NCBI GenBank assembly: GCA_963720755.1
Contig: CAVRGP010000001.1
Coordinates: forward strand, 32,001-96,000
Reading direction: 5' to 3'
Origin: an uncultured Chloroflexia bacterium
GTDB lineage: Bacteria; Chloroflexota; Limnocylindria; Limnocylindrales; CSP1-4
Length of the DNA stretch: 64,000 bases
Part shown: in pieces, positions 9,415-19,480 of the stretch
Position numbering within the stretch: the first letter of the stretch is position 1
How the letters are laid out: each line of letters starts with the position of its first letter
Position numbers and translations under genes: made by a program
Notes under the pieces: generated by a model
Told to the model about the DNA's origin: nothing
Database searches by the model: none
Seen by the model: the letters and a program-made list of their open reading frames with translations, nothing else

Positions 9415-9509
9415 TCAGCCGACCAGCGTGATCGTCCCGTGCATCCCGGCCTCATAGTGGCCGTCCGCATGGCACGCGAACGCGAACGGGCCGGGGCCGT
9501 CGAACGTAG
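9415..9509 (-). pseudogene. Cupredoxin (blue-copper) C-terminal remnant
   Basis: TFDGPGPFAFACHADGHYEAGMHGTITLVG carries the C-x4-H-x4-M type-1 copper loop; no N-terminal half or own start. Confidence 0.65.
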
Positions 9510-11558
9510 TCAGCTGGAAGCGACTGCGGCCAGCCCGGTTCCCGAGTCGGGCCGTAGCCGAAGGCGGCGCAGCAGCTGGGCGTTGGCGGCCACGACGACG
9601 GTCGAGATGCTCATCGCGATCGCCCCGACCGCCATCGGAAGGTCGATGCCCCATGGCGTGAGCACGCCCATCGCGATCGGGATCGCGATCACGTTGTAGG
9701 CGGTCGCCCAGACCAGGTTCTGGACCATCTTTCGGTAGGTCCCGCGCGACAACTCGATCGCGGCCACGACGTCGCGCGGGTCACTCCGGACGAGCACGAT
9801 GCCGGCTGACTCGACCGCCACATCCGTGCCGGCGCCGATGGCGATCCCGACATCGGCGGTCGCCAGCGCGGGCGCGTCGTTCACGCCGTCCCCGACCATC
9901 GCGACCACCCGACCGCCTTCCTTGAACTGCCTGACGGCGTCGGCCTTGTCGGCGGGCAGGACCTGTGCCGCGACATCGTCGATCCCGAGGCGGAGCGCGA
10001 CCGAGTCGGCGACGGCCTGGCTGTCACCCGTGATCATGGCCACTCGGACGCCCAGCCGGTGCAGCGCCTCGATCGCTTCTTTCGACTCCGGCCGGACTTC
10101 GTCCTCCACGGCGACGGCACCGATCACTCGTCCATCGTCGATGATGTGGAGGACCGTCCGGCCGCCACGGGCCCAGTCCGCTGCCGCGGGCAGCGTGGCA
10201 AGACCGAGTTCGGCCACGAGCCCCGGGCCACCCACAGCGACCGTGCGACCCTCCACCTGTGCGCGCGCGCCGCGCCCGGGGAGTGCCTCGAACGAGTCGG
10301 CAGCAGGGATCTGCAGACCCCGGTCGCGCGCCCCGGCCACGATCGCACGGGCAAGCGGATGTTCGGAATCTGCCTCGACGGCGGCAGCCAGCCGAAGGCT
10401 GTCCGAGTCGGTCGAATCGGCGAGGACAGGCTCGCCACGGGTGAGCGTCCCGGTCTTGTCGAACACGACGAGGTCGAGACTGCGGGCGCGCTCGAGCGCA
10501 AGGCGATCCTTGACGAGCAGGCCGTTGCGGGCGCCCAGGGAGGTCGAGATCGCGATGACCAACGGGATCGCCAACCCGAGGGCATGCGGGCAGGCGATCA
10601 CCAGAACGGTCGCGGTGCGGGTCAGGGCCGCCACCGGTTCGCCGCGCACCCACCAGAAGGCGAGCGTGACCAGCGCGGCACTGACGGCAACGTAGAACAG
10701 GATCGCGGCCGCCCGGTCGGCCAGCGCCTGGGCGTGCGAGGCGGACGCCTGCGCGGCCGCCACCAGCCGCATGATCCCCGACAGGGCCGTGTCGTCACCG
10801 GTCGCGGTCACCCGGATCCGCAGAGATCCGCCCGCCGCCACAGTACCCGCGACCACGACGTCTTCCGGCTCCTTGGCAACCGCGCGCGACTCACCGGTGA
10901 TCATCGATTCGTCGACATCGGCGCGGCCATCCACGACGACACCGTCGACCGGGATCCGCGCTCCCGGCCGGGCGAGGACGATGTCGCCGACCGCGAGATC
11001 GGCGATCGGGACCTCCTCGGTCCCTCCATCGGTGACCCGTTCGGCCGTATCGGGCAGGAGGTCCGCGAGCGCATCCAGGGCGCCTCGGGCCTGGGCGATG
11101 GAGCGCATCTCCAGCCAGTGCCCCAGCAACATGATCGTGATGAGGGTCGCCAGTTCCCACCAGATCTCGACATCGAAGAGGCCGAGGGTCCCCGCCCAGG
11201 ACGTCACGAAGGACACGACGATGGCCAGCGAGATGAGCGTCATCATGCCGGGCGCCCGGTCCGCCAACTCGCCCCGGGCGCCACGGATGAAGACCAGGCC
11301 GCCATAGAAGAAGATGACGGTCCCAAGGATCGCCGGGAGGTACTCGACGCCAGGGATCGCTGGGATCGTGTAGCCGATCCAGCCGGCGATCTCCGGGCTC
11401 AACAGGACGGTCGGGATCGTGAGGGCGAAGCTCAGCCAGAACTTGTCCCGGAACATCGCGACCGAGTGGCCCTCGTGTCGGCCGTGGTCGGCCGGGTGAT
11501 CCGGGGAGCTCGGTCGCGGCCCGGGACCGGAGTCTGCGTGGTGACCGGAGTGGGCCAT
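9510..11558 (-). CDS. copB: Copper-translocating P1B-type ATPase (CopB-like)
   Basis: His-rich N-terminus, TGES, transmembrane CPH, DKTGT, SEHPL, GDGVNDAPAL. Confidence 0.92.
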   Translation of the reverse strand: MAHSGHHADSGPGPRPSSPDHPADHGRHEGHSVAMFRDKFWLSFALTIPTVLLSPEIAGWIGYTIPAIPGVEYLPAILGTVIFFYGGLVFIRGARGELADRAPGMMTLISLAIVVSFVTSWAGTLGLFDVEIWWELATLITIMLLGHWLEMRSIAQARGALDALADLLPDTAERVTDGGTEEVPIADLAVGDIVLARPGARIPVDGVVVDGRADVDESMITGESRAVAKEPEDVVVAGTVAAGGSLRIRVTATGDDTALSGIMRLVAAAQASASHAQALADRAAAILFYVAVSAALVTLAFWWVRGEPVAALTRTATVLVIACPHALGLAIPLVIAISTSLGARNGLLVKDRLALERARSLDLVVFDKTGTLTRGEPVLADSTDSDSLRLAAAVEADSEHPLARAIVAGARDRGLQIPAADSFEALPGRGARAQVEGRTVAVGGPGLVAELGLATLPAAADWARGGRTVLHIIDDGRVIGAVAVEDEVRPESKEAIEALHRLGVRVAMITGDSQAVADSVALRLGIDDVAAQVLPADKADAVRQFKEGGRVVAMVGDGVNDAPALATADVGIAIGAGTDVAVESAGIVLVRSDPRDVVAAIELSRGTYRKMVQNLVWATAYNVIAIPIAMGVLTPWGIDLPMAVGAIAMSISTVVVAANAQLLRRLRLRPDSGTGLAAVASS

Positions 11559-11633
11559 CGTCGTCCTTGTGTGGATACTCCCCCGTAGTATGGACGTCTC
11601 GTCAAGGAACGGCCCGGGTTCGACCGAGACGGT

Positions 11634-12798
11634 TCAGACCGACGTGTCGACCGAGAAAAGTGCCGGTCCGAGGCTGGCCACGTCCACCTCGATGCCCAGC
11701 CCAGGCCCGTCGGGGACCGGACCGACCCCGTCATGCGACCGCGGCTGGTAGCCGGCGACATGCTCCATCGTCCAGTCGTTCATGTACGAGACCGCGAACA
11801 ACGCCTCCGCTGGCGTCCCGGCGGCGAGCTGGGCGACAGCGGCGGTCACGATATCGCCGCCCCAGGCGTCCTCGATCATGAGTCGGATCCCGAGGCGGAC
11901 GGCGGCGTCCCGCATGAGCCTGCGCCGGGAGCAGACCGCCGACTCGGCTGATCTTGAGGTTGATCTGGTCCATCGCGTCCAGGCTCACCGCGCGGACGAG
12001 GGTCGGAAGGTCGACGATCACCTCATCGAGCACCATCGGCAGCGTCGTCAACCGCCGGACCGCCAGGCACTCCTCGAACGTCGGGCACGGCTGCTCGAGC
12101 CGGAATCGCTCCGAACCTTCGAGCGCTCGCGCGGCGATGATCGCGTCCTGCCGCCGCCACGCCCCGTTGGCGTCCCCGATCACGGCGTCACCTGGCCCCG
12201 TCGCCTTCAAGATCGCCGACGATCCGCGCAGCGTCATCGGCCGGATCCGCGCCGAGCTTCGCCTGGAAGTTCCGGATCCCGCTCGGTCCGCTCACGGGTC
12301 ACGAACTCGGCCATCGCTTCCGGCGGGCCGAGCGGGATCGCGACATACAGCGGCAGCTCATCCAGCAAGGCGCCGCCCAACAGGGCGGCGATCGGCTTGC
12401 CGACGAGACGTCCGAACACATCCCAGCAGGCGATGTCGAGCGCGCTCTTCGCGTACCCGTGACCCCGCAGCCGGTCATCCATCCGCCGATGGATCTCGGC
12501 GAGATTCGTCGCGTCGGCACCGATGAGCGCCGGGGCGATCTCCCGGATCGCGACGCGAGCGCCTTCGCCGAACGCGGGCAGGTACGTGCTCCCGAGCGGG
12601 CAGACCTCGCCGAACCCGATCGCTCCGTCCCGGGTCGTGATCCGAACCACGGTACTCGGAAGGCGGTTGACGATCGCGTCCGGAGGACATGACGTAGTCC
12701 CCGTGGGCGTAGGTCAACTCGTAGGCGAAGACGTCGATCCGCTCGATCGTCGCCCCTCCCCCATCAACCACAGGCGTGCTCCTCATGTCGGGCTTCAC
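11634..12798 (-). pseudogene. Mandelate racemase/muconate lactonizing (enolase-superfamily) enzyme, split by three frameshifts
   Basis: Consecutive fragments in changing frames: YVMSSGR; GFGEVCPLGSTYLP...KSALDIACWD; DANGAW...EQPC...LDE...NLKISRVGGL; IEDAWGGD...PGLGI. Resembles hydroxyproline/proline-betaine-type members. Confidence 0.85.
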
Positions 12799-12847
12799 GA
12801 ATCGCGATCGCTACACGATACCCGCGCGTTCGGCGACGGCGGCGTCG

Positions 12848-13474
12848 TCAGTCGCCGGTCTCGACCCAGGCAGCCGTGAGGTAGTGGTCGAACACGGGGG
12901 CGATCGCGCGGACGAGCTGTTGCCGCGATGCCGTCGTCAAGGGACGGATCTGAACGATGTGCCGGCCCATCGCGAGTCCCACGAACTGGGTGGCCATGAG
13001 GCTCGCTCGAAGCTCTGGGTCCTCCCCGCCCACGCGCTGAGCGAGGGGCATGAGGATCCGGTCCGTCAGGATCTCCCGGATGAGCTGCGCCGCTTCCGGT
13101 TCCGATGCGGCGGCGCGGATCAGCCCGACCATCGCGCCCTGGGTCGCCGGCTCCTCCATGATGGCCAGGAGGGCGACCGCGGCCCGCTCGCCCACCGTTT
13201 CAGGACCTCCAGCGAACAGGTGCTCGAAGAGCGCGTCCGGGTCCACCGGCAGTCGAACCGATTCGATGAAGAGCTGCCGCTTCGACCCGAAATAGTGCAG
13301 GACCAGCCGGGGGTCGACGCCGGCGATACGGGCGACGCCACGAAGCGTCGTGCGGCGGTAGCCGAGCGCTCCGAACTGCTGCCGCGCAGCATCCTCGATG
13401 GCTTCACGAGTGCCGCTGCCGGCCGAGCGCGGTCCGCGGCGCGCCTTGCTCGATCCGGGGCTTGCGATTTCCAC
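12848..13474 (-). CDS. TetR-family transcriptional regulator
   Basis: TREAIEDAARQQF...TTLRGVARIAGVDPRLVLHYFGSK; divergent from the MFS gene; start approximate. Confidence 0.92.
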   Translation of the reverse strand: MEIASPGSSKARRGPRSAGSGTREAIEDAARQQFGALGYRRTTLRGVARIAGVDPRLVLHYFGSKRQLFIESVRLPVDPDALFEHLFAGGPETVGERAAVALLAIMEEPATQGAMVGLIRAAASEPEAAQLIREILTDRILMPLAQRVGGEDPELRASLMATQFVGLAMGRHIVQIRPLTTASRQQLVRAIAPVFDHYLTAAWVETGD

Positions 13475-13533
13475 GACCGTAGAATACCTTATTCCCCAGT
13501 TGGGGAAATCAGCCAGCACAGGAGACCGTCCGC

Positions 13534-15108
13534 ATGACCCAATCACCAGAACGCCATCAGCCGAGCGGGGAGCTGTCGCCCGCGCGGACGCGTCTCATCC
13601 TTGCCGTCGTCGGTCTGGCGCTCATGGCCGTGATCTCGGCGGTCGCCGGCCTCAACGTGGCGCTGCCCAGCCTGGCGCGCGACACCGGGGCCAGCCAGAC
13701 CCAGCTCACCTGGATCGTCGACGCCTATACGGTCGTGTTCGCAGGCCTGCTGCTCTTCGCCGGTGCCCTGGGCGACCGGTTCGGCCGCCGCAGGCTGCTG
13801 TCGATCGGTCTCGTCATCTTCGGCACCGCGGCCGCCCTCGGCCTGTTCGCCACCGACCCGGACCACCTGATCGTCGTCCGCATCCTCATGGGGATCGGGG
13901 CGGCGGCCATCATGCCGACCACCCTGTCGGTCATCACGACGTCGTTCCCGGAGGCGGAGCGGCCACGCGCGATCGGCGTCTGGGTCGGTATCGCCGGTGG
14001 CGGCGCGGTCCTCGGCCTGTTCGTGACCGGCCTGCTGCTCGAGTGGTTTCCCTGGACTTCGTTCTTCGGGCTCAACGTCGCGCTCGCGGCCGCGTCCCTG
14101 GTCGGCGTCCTGCTCGTGGTCCCCTCGTCAGTGGACGAGGATCCTCCGGCACTCGACGTGATCGGTGCCGCCGCCTCGCTCGTTGCCGTCGCGGCCATCG
14201 TCTTCGGCATCATCGAAGGCCCGACCCGGGGTTGGACCGACCCGGTCACGCTGGCCGCGCTCGCCGTCGGGCTACTTGCCGGCGTCACGTTCGTGCTATG
14301 GGAATCGCGAGTGGAGCATCCGCTCCTGGACCCACGGCTCTTCCGACTGCGTGGCTTCAGCGCCGGCAGTCTCACGATCACCGTCCAGTTCATGGCGTCC
14401 TTCGGATTCTTCTTCATCGCCTTGCAGTACCTGCAATACGTGACGGGGCGCTCGGCGCTCGAGGCGGCCCTCGCGTTGTTGCCGCTCCCCATCGTCCTGC
14501 TGCCGACCGCCCGAAGGGCGCCGATCCTGGCCGAGCGCATGGGTGGCTTCAGCCGGCTGGGCCCCATCGGCCTGATCTCGATGGCGATCGGCTTCGTCGT
14601 GTTCAGTCGACTGCAGGTCGACTCGCCGTACTGGATGTTCGCGCTCGGCCTTGTCCTGTTCGGGTTCGGCATGGGATTGGCCGGGACGCCCGCGACGACA
14701 GCCATCACGGCGTCACTACCGATGTCCAAGCAGGGTGTCGCGTCGGCCGTGAACGACACGGCGCGCGAGCTCGGGAGTGCCCTCGGCATCGCGATCTTCG
14801 GGAGCCTGCTCAACCAGGGCTACCGGGACGGCATGGCCGAGGCTGTCGCGGGCTTGCCGCCGGCCATCGCCGACCGAGTGCTGGCGTCGATCGCGTTCAC
14901 CGGATCGCCTGAGATCGCCCAGTTCGGAGAGGCGGGCAAGCAGCTCGTCGCGCAGGCCCGGCAGGCCTTCGTCGGCGGGGTCAGCGATGCCGTGCTCGTC
15001 GGCGCCGTCATCCTTGTCGCGGGGGCGGTCGGCGTGGCCATCCTCGCTCCCCGAGCTCGACGAGAAGCCGACACCGATCGCGCCGAGGGCCTGGCGACCA
15101 GCGCCTAG
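13534..15108 (+). CDS. MFS transporter, DHA2 (14-TM) efflux family
   Basis: LNVALPSL, WIVDAY, GDRFGRRR, IMPTTLS, HPLLDPRLF. Confidence 0.93.
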   Translation: MTQSPERHQPSGELSPARTRLILAVVGLALMAVISAVAGLNVALPSLARDTGASQTQLTWIVDAYTVVFAGLLLFAGALGDRFGRRRLLSIGLVIFGTAAALGLFATDPDHLIVVRILMGIGAAAIMPTTLSVITTSFPEAERPRAIGVWVGIAGGGAVLGLFVTGLLLEWFPWTSFFGLNVALAAASLVGVLLVVPSSVDEDPPALDVIGAAASLVAVAAIVFGIIEGPTRGWTDPVTLAALAVGLLAGVTFVLWESRVEHPLLDPRLFRLRGFSAGSLTITVQFMASFGFFFIALQYLQYVTGRSALEAALALLPLPIVLLPTARRAPILAERMGGFSRLGPIGLISMAIGFVVFSRLQVDSPYWMFALGLVLFGFGMGLAGTPATTAITASLPMSKQGVASAVNDTARELGSALGIAIFGSLLNQGYRDGMAEAVAGLPPAIADRVLASIAFTGSPEIAQFGEAGKQLVAQARQAFVGGVSDAVLVGAVILVAGAVGVAILAPRARREADTDRAEGLATSA

Positions 15109-15131
15109 CGCCTGGCGCCTTGGCTGGACGA

Positions 15132-16358
15132 TCAGGCGCGGCCGTGGGCCAGGGCGATCAATCGATCGAGGATCCGCTCGCCGTCGGCACGCAAGCCGTT
15201 GTGCTGGTACTCGTTGGTGATCCAGGGTCGGAGGCCACGGATGGCCGCGGCCGTTTCCTCGGCATAGGAACGCTCGACGTACAGGTCGTCCGTGTAGATC
15301 GTGGCCGATACGGGCACCTCGTTTCGGGCCAGCTGGTCCGGGTCGAACATCCGCGGCCACGGGTATTCGGCCAGTAGTTCGGCCGCCGCCCGGTGCGACC
15401 CCAGCGCCCCGTAGTCCTCGAACATCCACGGGAAGACGTGCTCGGCCGTGAACAGCTCACCGGCGCGCACCTCCTCGGGCAGCAGCCGATCCGCCGACCA
15501 GCGGGTCGCTCCCCCATCCGCGTACGAGGATTCGTGGAGCGTGGCGTAGATGGGATTGCGAGCGAACCGGACCCCGTGGTCCACGTCCTCGAGGAATGCC
15601 CGTGAGCCGAACGGCAGCTCCAGGACGTGGTGGAGCAGCTCGAACCCGGCGCTGTCGCCAAGCCACAACCCCAGCTGGCGGAAGCGTCGAACCGTCAATC
15701 GGTCGCCCGACGGCAGACGGACGTCCTCGCCCTCGATCCGGCGGTGGATCTCGCGCACGCGAGCGCGATCATCGGGATACCGCTCGAAGAACCGACGGTT
15801 CTGCTCGAGCAAGCGGACATAGGTCGCGCCGTAGATGTCATCGACCGGTCGGCCGATGGGGGCCAGGCCGCCGGTGATGAACGCGGCCGACAGTCCTTCC
15901 GGTGCGAACGACAGGTAGGTCATCGAGGTGAAGCCGCCGAAGCTCTGGCCGAGCACGCTCCACCGCTCACCACCGAGCTCGGCCCGGATCAGCTCGGCGT
16001 CCCGGACGATCGCGTCCGCCCGGAAGTGGGTCAGATAGGCGGCTTGCGCGTCCGGTGTCTCGCCCGGGATGTCGCCGACCGGTGTCGACCGTCCGGTGCC
16101 TCGCTGATCGAGCAGGAGCACGCGGTAGTCCCTGATCGCTCGGGCCATCCAGCCGGTCGGCGGGCTCGTCGGACGAGCCGCTTCGAACCCGGGGCCACCC
16201 TGGAGGAAGAGGAGATAGGGCTTGTGCTGCCCGCCATCGGGATCGGCGACCTCGCGGGTGAAGATGGCGATCTGGGCGCCACTCGGATCGCCATGATCGA
16301 GTGGGACGCGGTGCTCTCGCTCGGTCAGGACGGCCCCGGGGACGCGGTAGGTCTGCAT
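15132..16358 (-). CDS. Prolyl aminopeptidase (alpha/beta hydrolase)
   Basis: QGGPG, DQRGTGRS, GQSFGG nucleophile elbow, DLYV, EYQHNG. Confidence 0.9.
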   Translation of the reverse strand: MQTYRVPGAVLTEREHRVPLDHGDPSGAQIAIFTREVADPDGGQHKPYLLFLQGGPGFEAARPTSPPTGWMARAIRDYRVLLLDQRGTGRSTPVGDIPGETPDAQAAYLTHFRADAIVRDAELIRAELGGERWSVLGQSFGGFTSMTYLSFAPEGLSAAFITGGLAPIGRPVDDIYGATYVRLLEQNRRFFERYPDDRARVREIHRRIEGEDVRLPSGDRLTVRRFRQLGLWLGDSAGFELLHHVLELPFGSRAFLEDVDHGVRFARNPIYATLHESSYADGGATRWSADRLLPEEVRAGELFTAEHVFPWMFEDYGALGSHRAAAELLAEYPWPRMFDPDQLARNEVPVSATIYTDDLYVERSYAEETAAAIRGLRPWITNEYQHNGLRADGERILDRLIALAHGRA

Positions 16359-16448
16359 ACGGCCATGCTATCGCCCCGGATCGGTGTCGATGCTGGTCCC
16401 GCGACCTGCTGGTCGAACCGGGTGAGGGGCCGCGCTACAGTACGGCGG

Positions 16449-17657
16449 ATGGAGACCTACGACCTGGAGGAGGCGGCCCGGCGGAGCGGGCTCGATGCGG
16501 CATCGCTGCGCCAACTCGTGGATCTCGGGATGCTGACCCCCGACCCGGATGGCCGGTTCACTTCCGCGCATCTGCGCCGGGCTGGCTTGCTGGCCAGCAT
16601 CGTGGCATCGGGCATCCCGGTGGAGGGCCTGGCCGCCGCGATGCGGAGCGGCGAGGTCTCCATCGACTTCATCGATGCGCCCGCGTTCGACCGCTTCTCC
16701 GCACTGAGCGGGATGACCTTCGGTGAACTGGCCGAGCGCATCGACGCGCCGGTCCAGATGCTCCTGTTCATCCGGGAGGCATCGGGGTCGATGATCCCGA
16801 CGCCGGACGACCGGATCCGCGACGAGGAATTGCCCTACGCCGAATGGATCAAGGCCGCCATCGGGGCCGGCTTCGAACCCGACGCGATCCAGCGCATGAT
16901 CCGGGTCCACGGCGACAGCATGCGGCGTCTCGCCGAGACCGAGGCGGCCATGTGGCAGAGCCAGGTCATCGAGCCGGCCACTCGACGGGGCCTGCGACCG
17001 GACGAGATCCTCGGTGCCGAATTCGGCGATCGGATGAGCGCCTTGACGGAGCGATCGGTGGTCGCGATGTATCACCTGCAGCAGACGCGGGCCTGGACCG
17101 ACAACATCATCGGTGGCGTCGAGATGCAGCTGTCGGCCGCCGGTCTGCACAGTCGCCTCGAACATCCACCCGCGATGTGCTTTCTCGACATCACGGGCTA
17201 CACGCGCCTGACCCAGGAGCGCGGAGACGCCGCGGCCGCCGATCTCGCGGAACGGCTCGGTCGGATCGTCCATCGGGCGTCGGTGCAGCAGGGAGGACGA
17301 CCCGTCAAGTGGCTGGGCGACGGGGTCATGCTCCACTTCCCGGAACCCGGCCGCGGCGTCGTGGCCGCGCTCGGGATGGTCACCGCGGTGTCCGAGGCCG
17401 GGCTGCCGCCGGCGCACGTCGGCCTGCACGCCGGTTCCGTGATCTTCCAGGAGGGCGACTACTACGGGCAGACGGTGAACATCGCTTCGCGGATCGCCGA
17501 CTATGCCCGGCCGGGCGAGGTGATCGTCAGCCAGGAGGTCGTGGACACCTCGGACGCGGCCGACGTCGACTTCCAGGAGATCGGGCCGGTGGAACTGAAG
17601 GGCGTCTCCGGTGCTCTGCGGCTCCACGTGGCGACCCGAGGGAGCAGCGATCGATGA
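16449..17657 (+). CDS. Class III adenylate cyclase with N-terminal HTH-like region, paralogue 1
   Basis: FLDITGYT, KWLGDG, GDYYGQTVNIASRI; MerR-like HTH start. Confidence 0.9.
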   Translation: METYDLEEAARRSGLDAASLRQLVDLGMLTPDPDGRFTSAHLRRAGLLASIVASGIPVEGLAAAMRSGEVSIDFIDAPAFDRFSALSGMTFGELAERIDAPVQMLLFIREASGSMIPTPDDRIRDEELPYAEWIKAAIGAGFEPDAIQRMIRVHGDSMRRLAETEAAMWQSQVIEPATRRGLRPDEILGAEFGDRMSALTERSVVAMYHLQQTRAWTDNIIGGVEMQLSAAGLHSRLEHPPAMCFLDITGYTRLTQERGDAAAADLAERLGRIVHRASVQQGGRPVKWLGDGVMLHFPEPGRGVVAALGMVTAVSEAGLPPAHVGLHAGSVIFQEGDYYGQTVNIASRIADYARPGEVIVSQEVVDTSDAADVDFQEIGPVELKGVSGALRLHVATRGSSDR

Positions 17658-18072
17658 ACGACGCGGAACGAGGGCCGGGTTTCCCGAGGCCGGAGGCCGA
17701 GATGACCCACATCCTGGTCGTTGAGGACCTCGAACGTTCGCGCCAGTGGTGGGTCGCGATCCTCGGCGCGAGCCGTACCGCGACTATGGCGGCACGTCGG
17801 CCGTGCTCAGGTTCGGGTCAGGCTGGTTGCTGCTGGTGACCGGCGGCGGTCCGACCCCGGACAAGCCCGACGTGACGTTCGCGCCACCGGCAGACCTTCG
17901 GTCGGTCAGCCACGCGATGACCATCCGCGTCGCCGACTGCGAGTCGGTCTATCGCACCTTGCTGTCGCGAGGCGCCGAGTTCCTGACCCCGCCGGTCGTC
18001 AACGGCCTCGAGACGCGATGTTTCACGCGCGACCCCGACGGGCACCTGGTGGAGTTCAGCCAATACGGCTGA
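17654..18072 (+). CDS. VOC/glyoxalase family protein (frameshift ~17769)
   Basis: HILVVEDLERSRQWWVAILG continues in another frame as EPYRDYGG...RDPDGHLVEF. Confidence 0.85.
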
Positions 18073-18073
18073 G

Positions 18074-19480
18074 TCAGGCCGGGCGTCGCTCGAGTGGCAG
18101 GACGACCTCGAAGCATGTCTCGCCCGGCTTGGATCGGATGTCGATCCGGCCGCCGTGACGAGCGACGACATTGTGCGAGATATGGAGGCCCAGCCCGGTT
18201 CCGCTGCCGGGCGGCTTGGTCGTGTAGAACGGCTCGAAGATCCGTTCGCGGACGTCGGGCGGCATCCCCGGCCCGTTGTCGCAGATCTCCACCACGACAT
18301 CCGTGTCGCGAACGTATGCGCGGATCCGGACCTCACCCTGCCCGCCCATGGCATCGATGGCGTTGTCCAGGATGTTCGTCCAGACCTGGTTGAGCTCACT
18401 CCCGTACGCCTCGATCTCCGGGAGGTCCGACTGGTAGTCACGGGTGACCGTGATCCCGGTCTTGAGCTTGGGACGGAGGATCACCAGGGTGTTGTCCAGC
18501 CCGGCGCGGATGTCCACGCGCTGGACCGCGGCCTGATCCATGAACGAATACTCCTTGACCGCCTTCACGATCTCGGAGATCCGTCGGGCGCCGGTCGCGA
18601 CCTCGTCGACGAGCGCGTGGACGGCGCTGCCGGCGGCGACCCAGGCCACGACGCGACCGAGCGCTTCGCCTGGGAACTGCGCCTCGATGCGCTCCAGATG
18701 GGCACGATCCCAGCCGCCGGTCACGAGCGCCGGGGCGAGCTCGCCTCCGTCCGCGACCCCACGCTCGACCAGGAAGGTCTCGAGCTCCCATGCCAGGTCG
18801 CTCGCGTCGAGCGGGTCGAGTGGCGTCTGCACGGCGCCATGTCTGGCCACCTCGGCGGCGAGGTCGGCCACGAACGCCGCATGCTCGCGATCGTCGACCA
18901 CGGGTCCAAGCGCCGCCGTCGTGAGGGCCAGACGGTCAAGACCCTCCTGAAGGAGGGCCGCGCTGCGCTGGACGGCAGCCGCCGGATTGTTCAGCTCGTG
19001 GGCAAGACCCGCCGACAAGGTCCCGAGCGCCGCCAGCTTCTCGCGTTCCCTGAGCATCGCTTCGGTGCTGCGTAGCCGGCCCATGACTGTCCGCAGCATC
19101 GACAGTGTCGCCGAGGGCCGCGTGCTGAGCAGGTCGAGGACCACGTCGCGCCCGATCCGGATGACCCTCGTCTGAGCGACGGCCCGCAACGAGGCATTCC
19201 GCGGGAGCGCCTCGAAGATCGCCATCTCGCCGACGATCTCGCCGGGGCCAAGGACCGCGATCGGGACGTCCGTGGTTCGCGACCACTTCACGACCTGCAG
19301 CTCGCCCGAGATGATGACGAAGAGCGCATCGCCTGGCTCACCCTCGCCGGCGAGCTGGTCGCCGGGGGCAAGCTCGACTGGCTCGGCGGCGTCGGCGATC
19401 GACGACAGGTCCTCCTCGGAGAGCTCGAGGAAGATCGGGACGCGGCGAAGCAGCTCGCGGTCGTTGGCGTCGCAGGTCAT
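18074..19480 (-). CDS. Cyclic-nucleotide-binding domain histidine kinase
   Basis: cNMP motifs EGEPGD, GEMAIF...PRNAS; H-box LAHELNNP; NQVWTNILDNA, DNGPG, GTGLGL; no TM segment. Confidence 0.93.
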   Translation of the reverse strand: MTCDANDRELLRRVPIFLELSEEDLSSIADAAEPVELAPGDQLAGEGEPGDALFVIISGELQVVKWSRTTDVPIAVLGPGEIVGEMAIFEALPRNASLRAVAQTRVIRIGRDVVLDLLSTRPSATLSMLRTVMGRLRSTEAMLREREKLAALGTLSAGLAHELNNPAAAVQRSAALLQEGLDRLALTTAALGPVVDDREHAAFVADLAAEVARHGAVQTPLDPLDASDLAWELETFLVERGVADGGELAPALVTGGWDRAHLERIEAQFPGEALGRVVAWVAAGSAVHALVDEVATGARRISEIVKAVKEYSFMDQAAVQRVDIRAGLDNTLVILRPKLKTGITVTRDYQSDLPEIEAYGSELNQVWTNILDNAIDAMGGQGEVRIRAYVRDTDVVVEICDNGPGMPPDVRERIFEPFYTTKPPGSGTGLGLHISHNVVARHGGRIDIRSKPGETCFEVVLPLERRPA

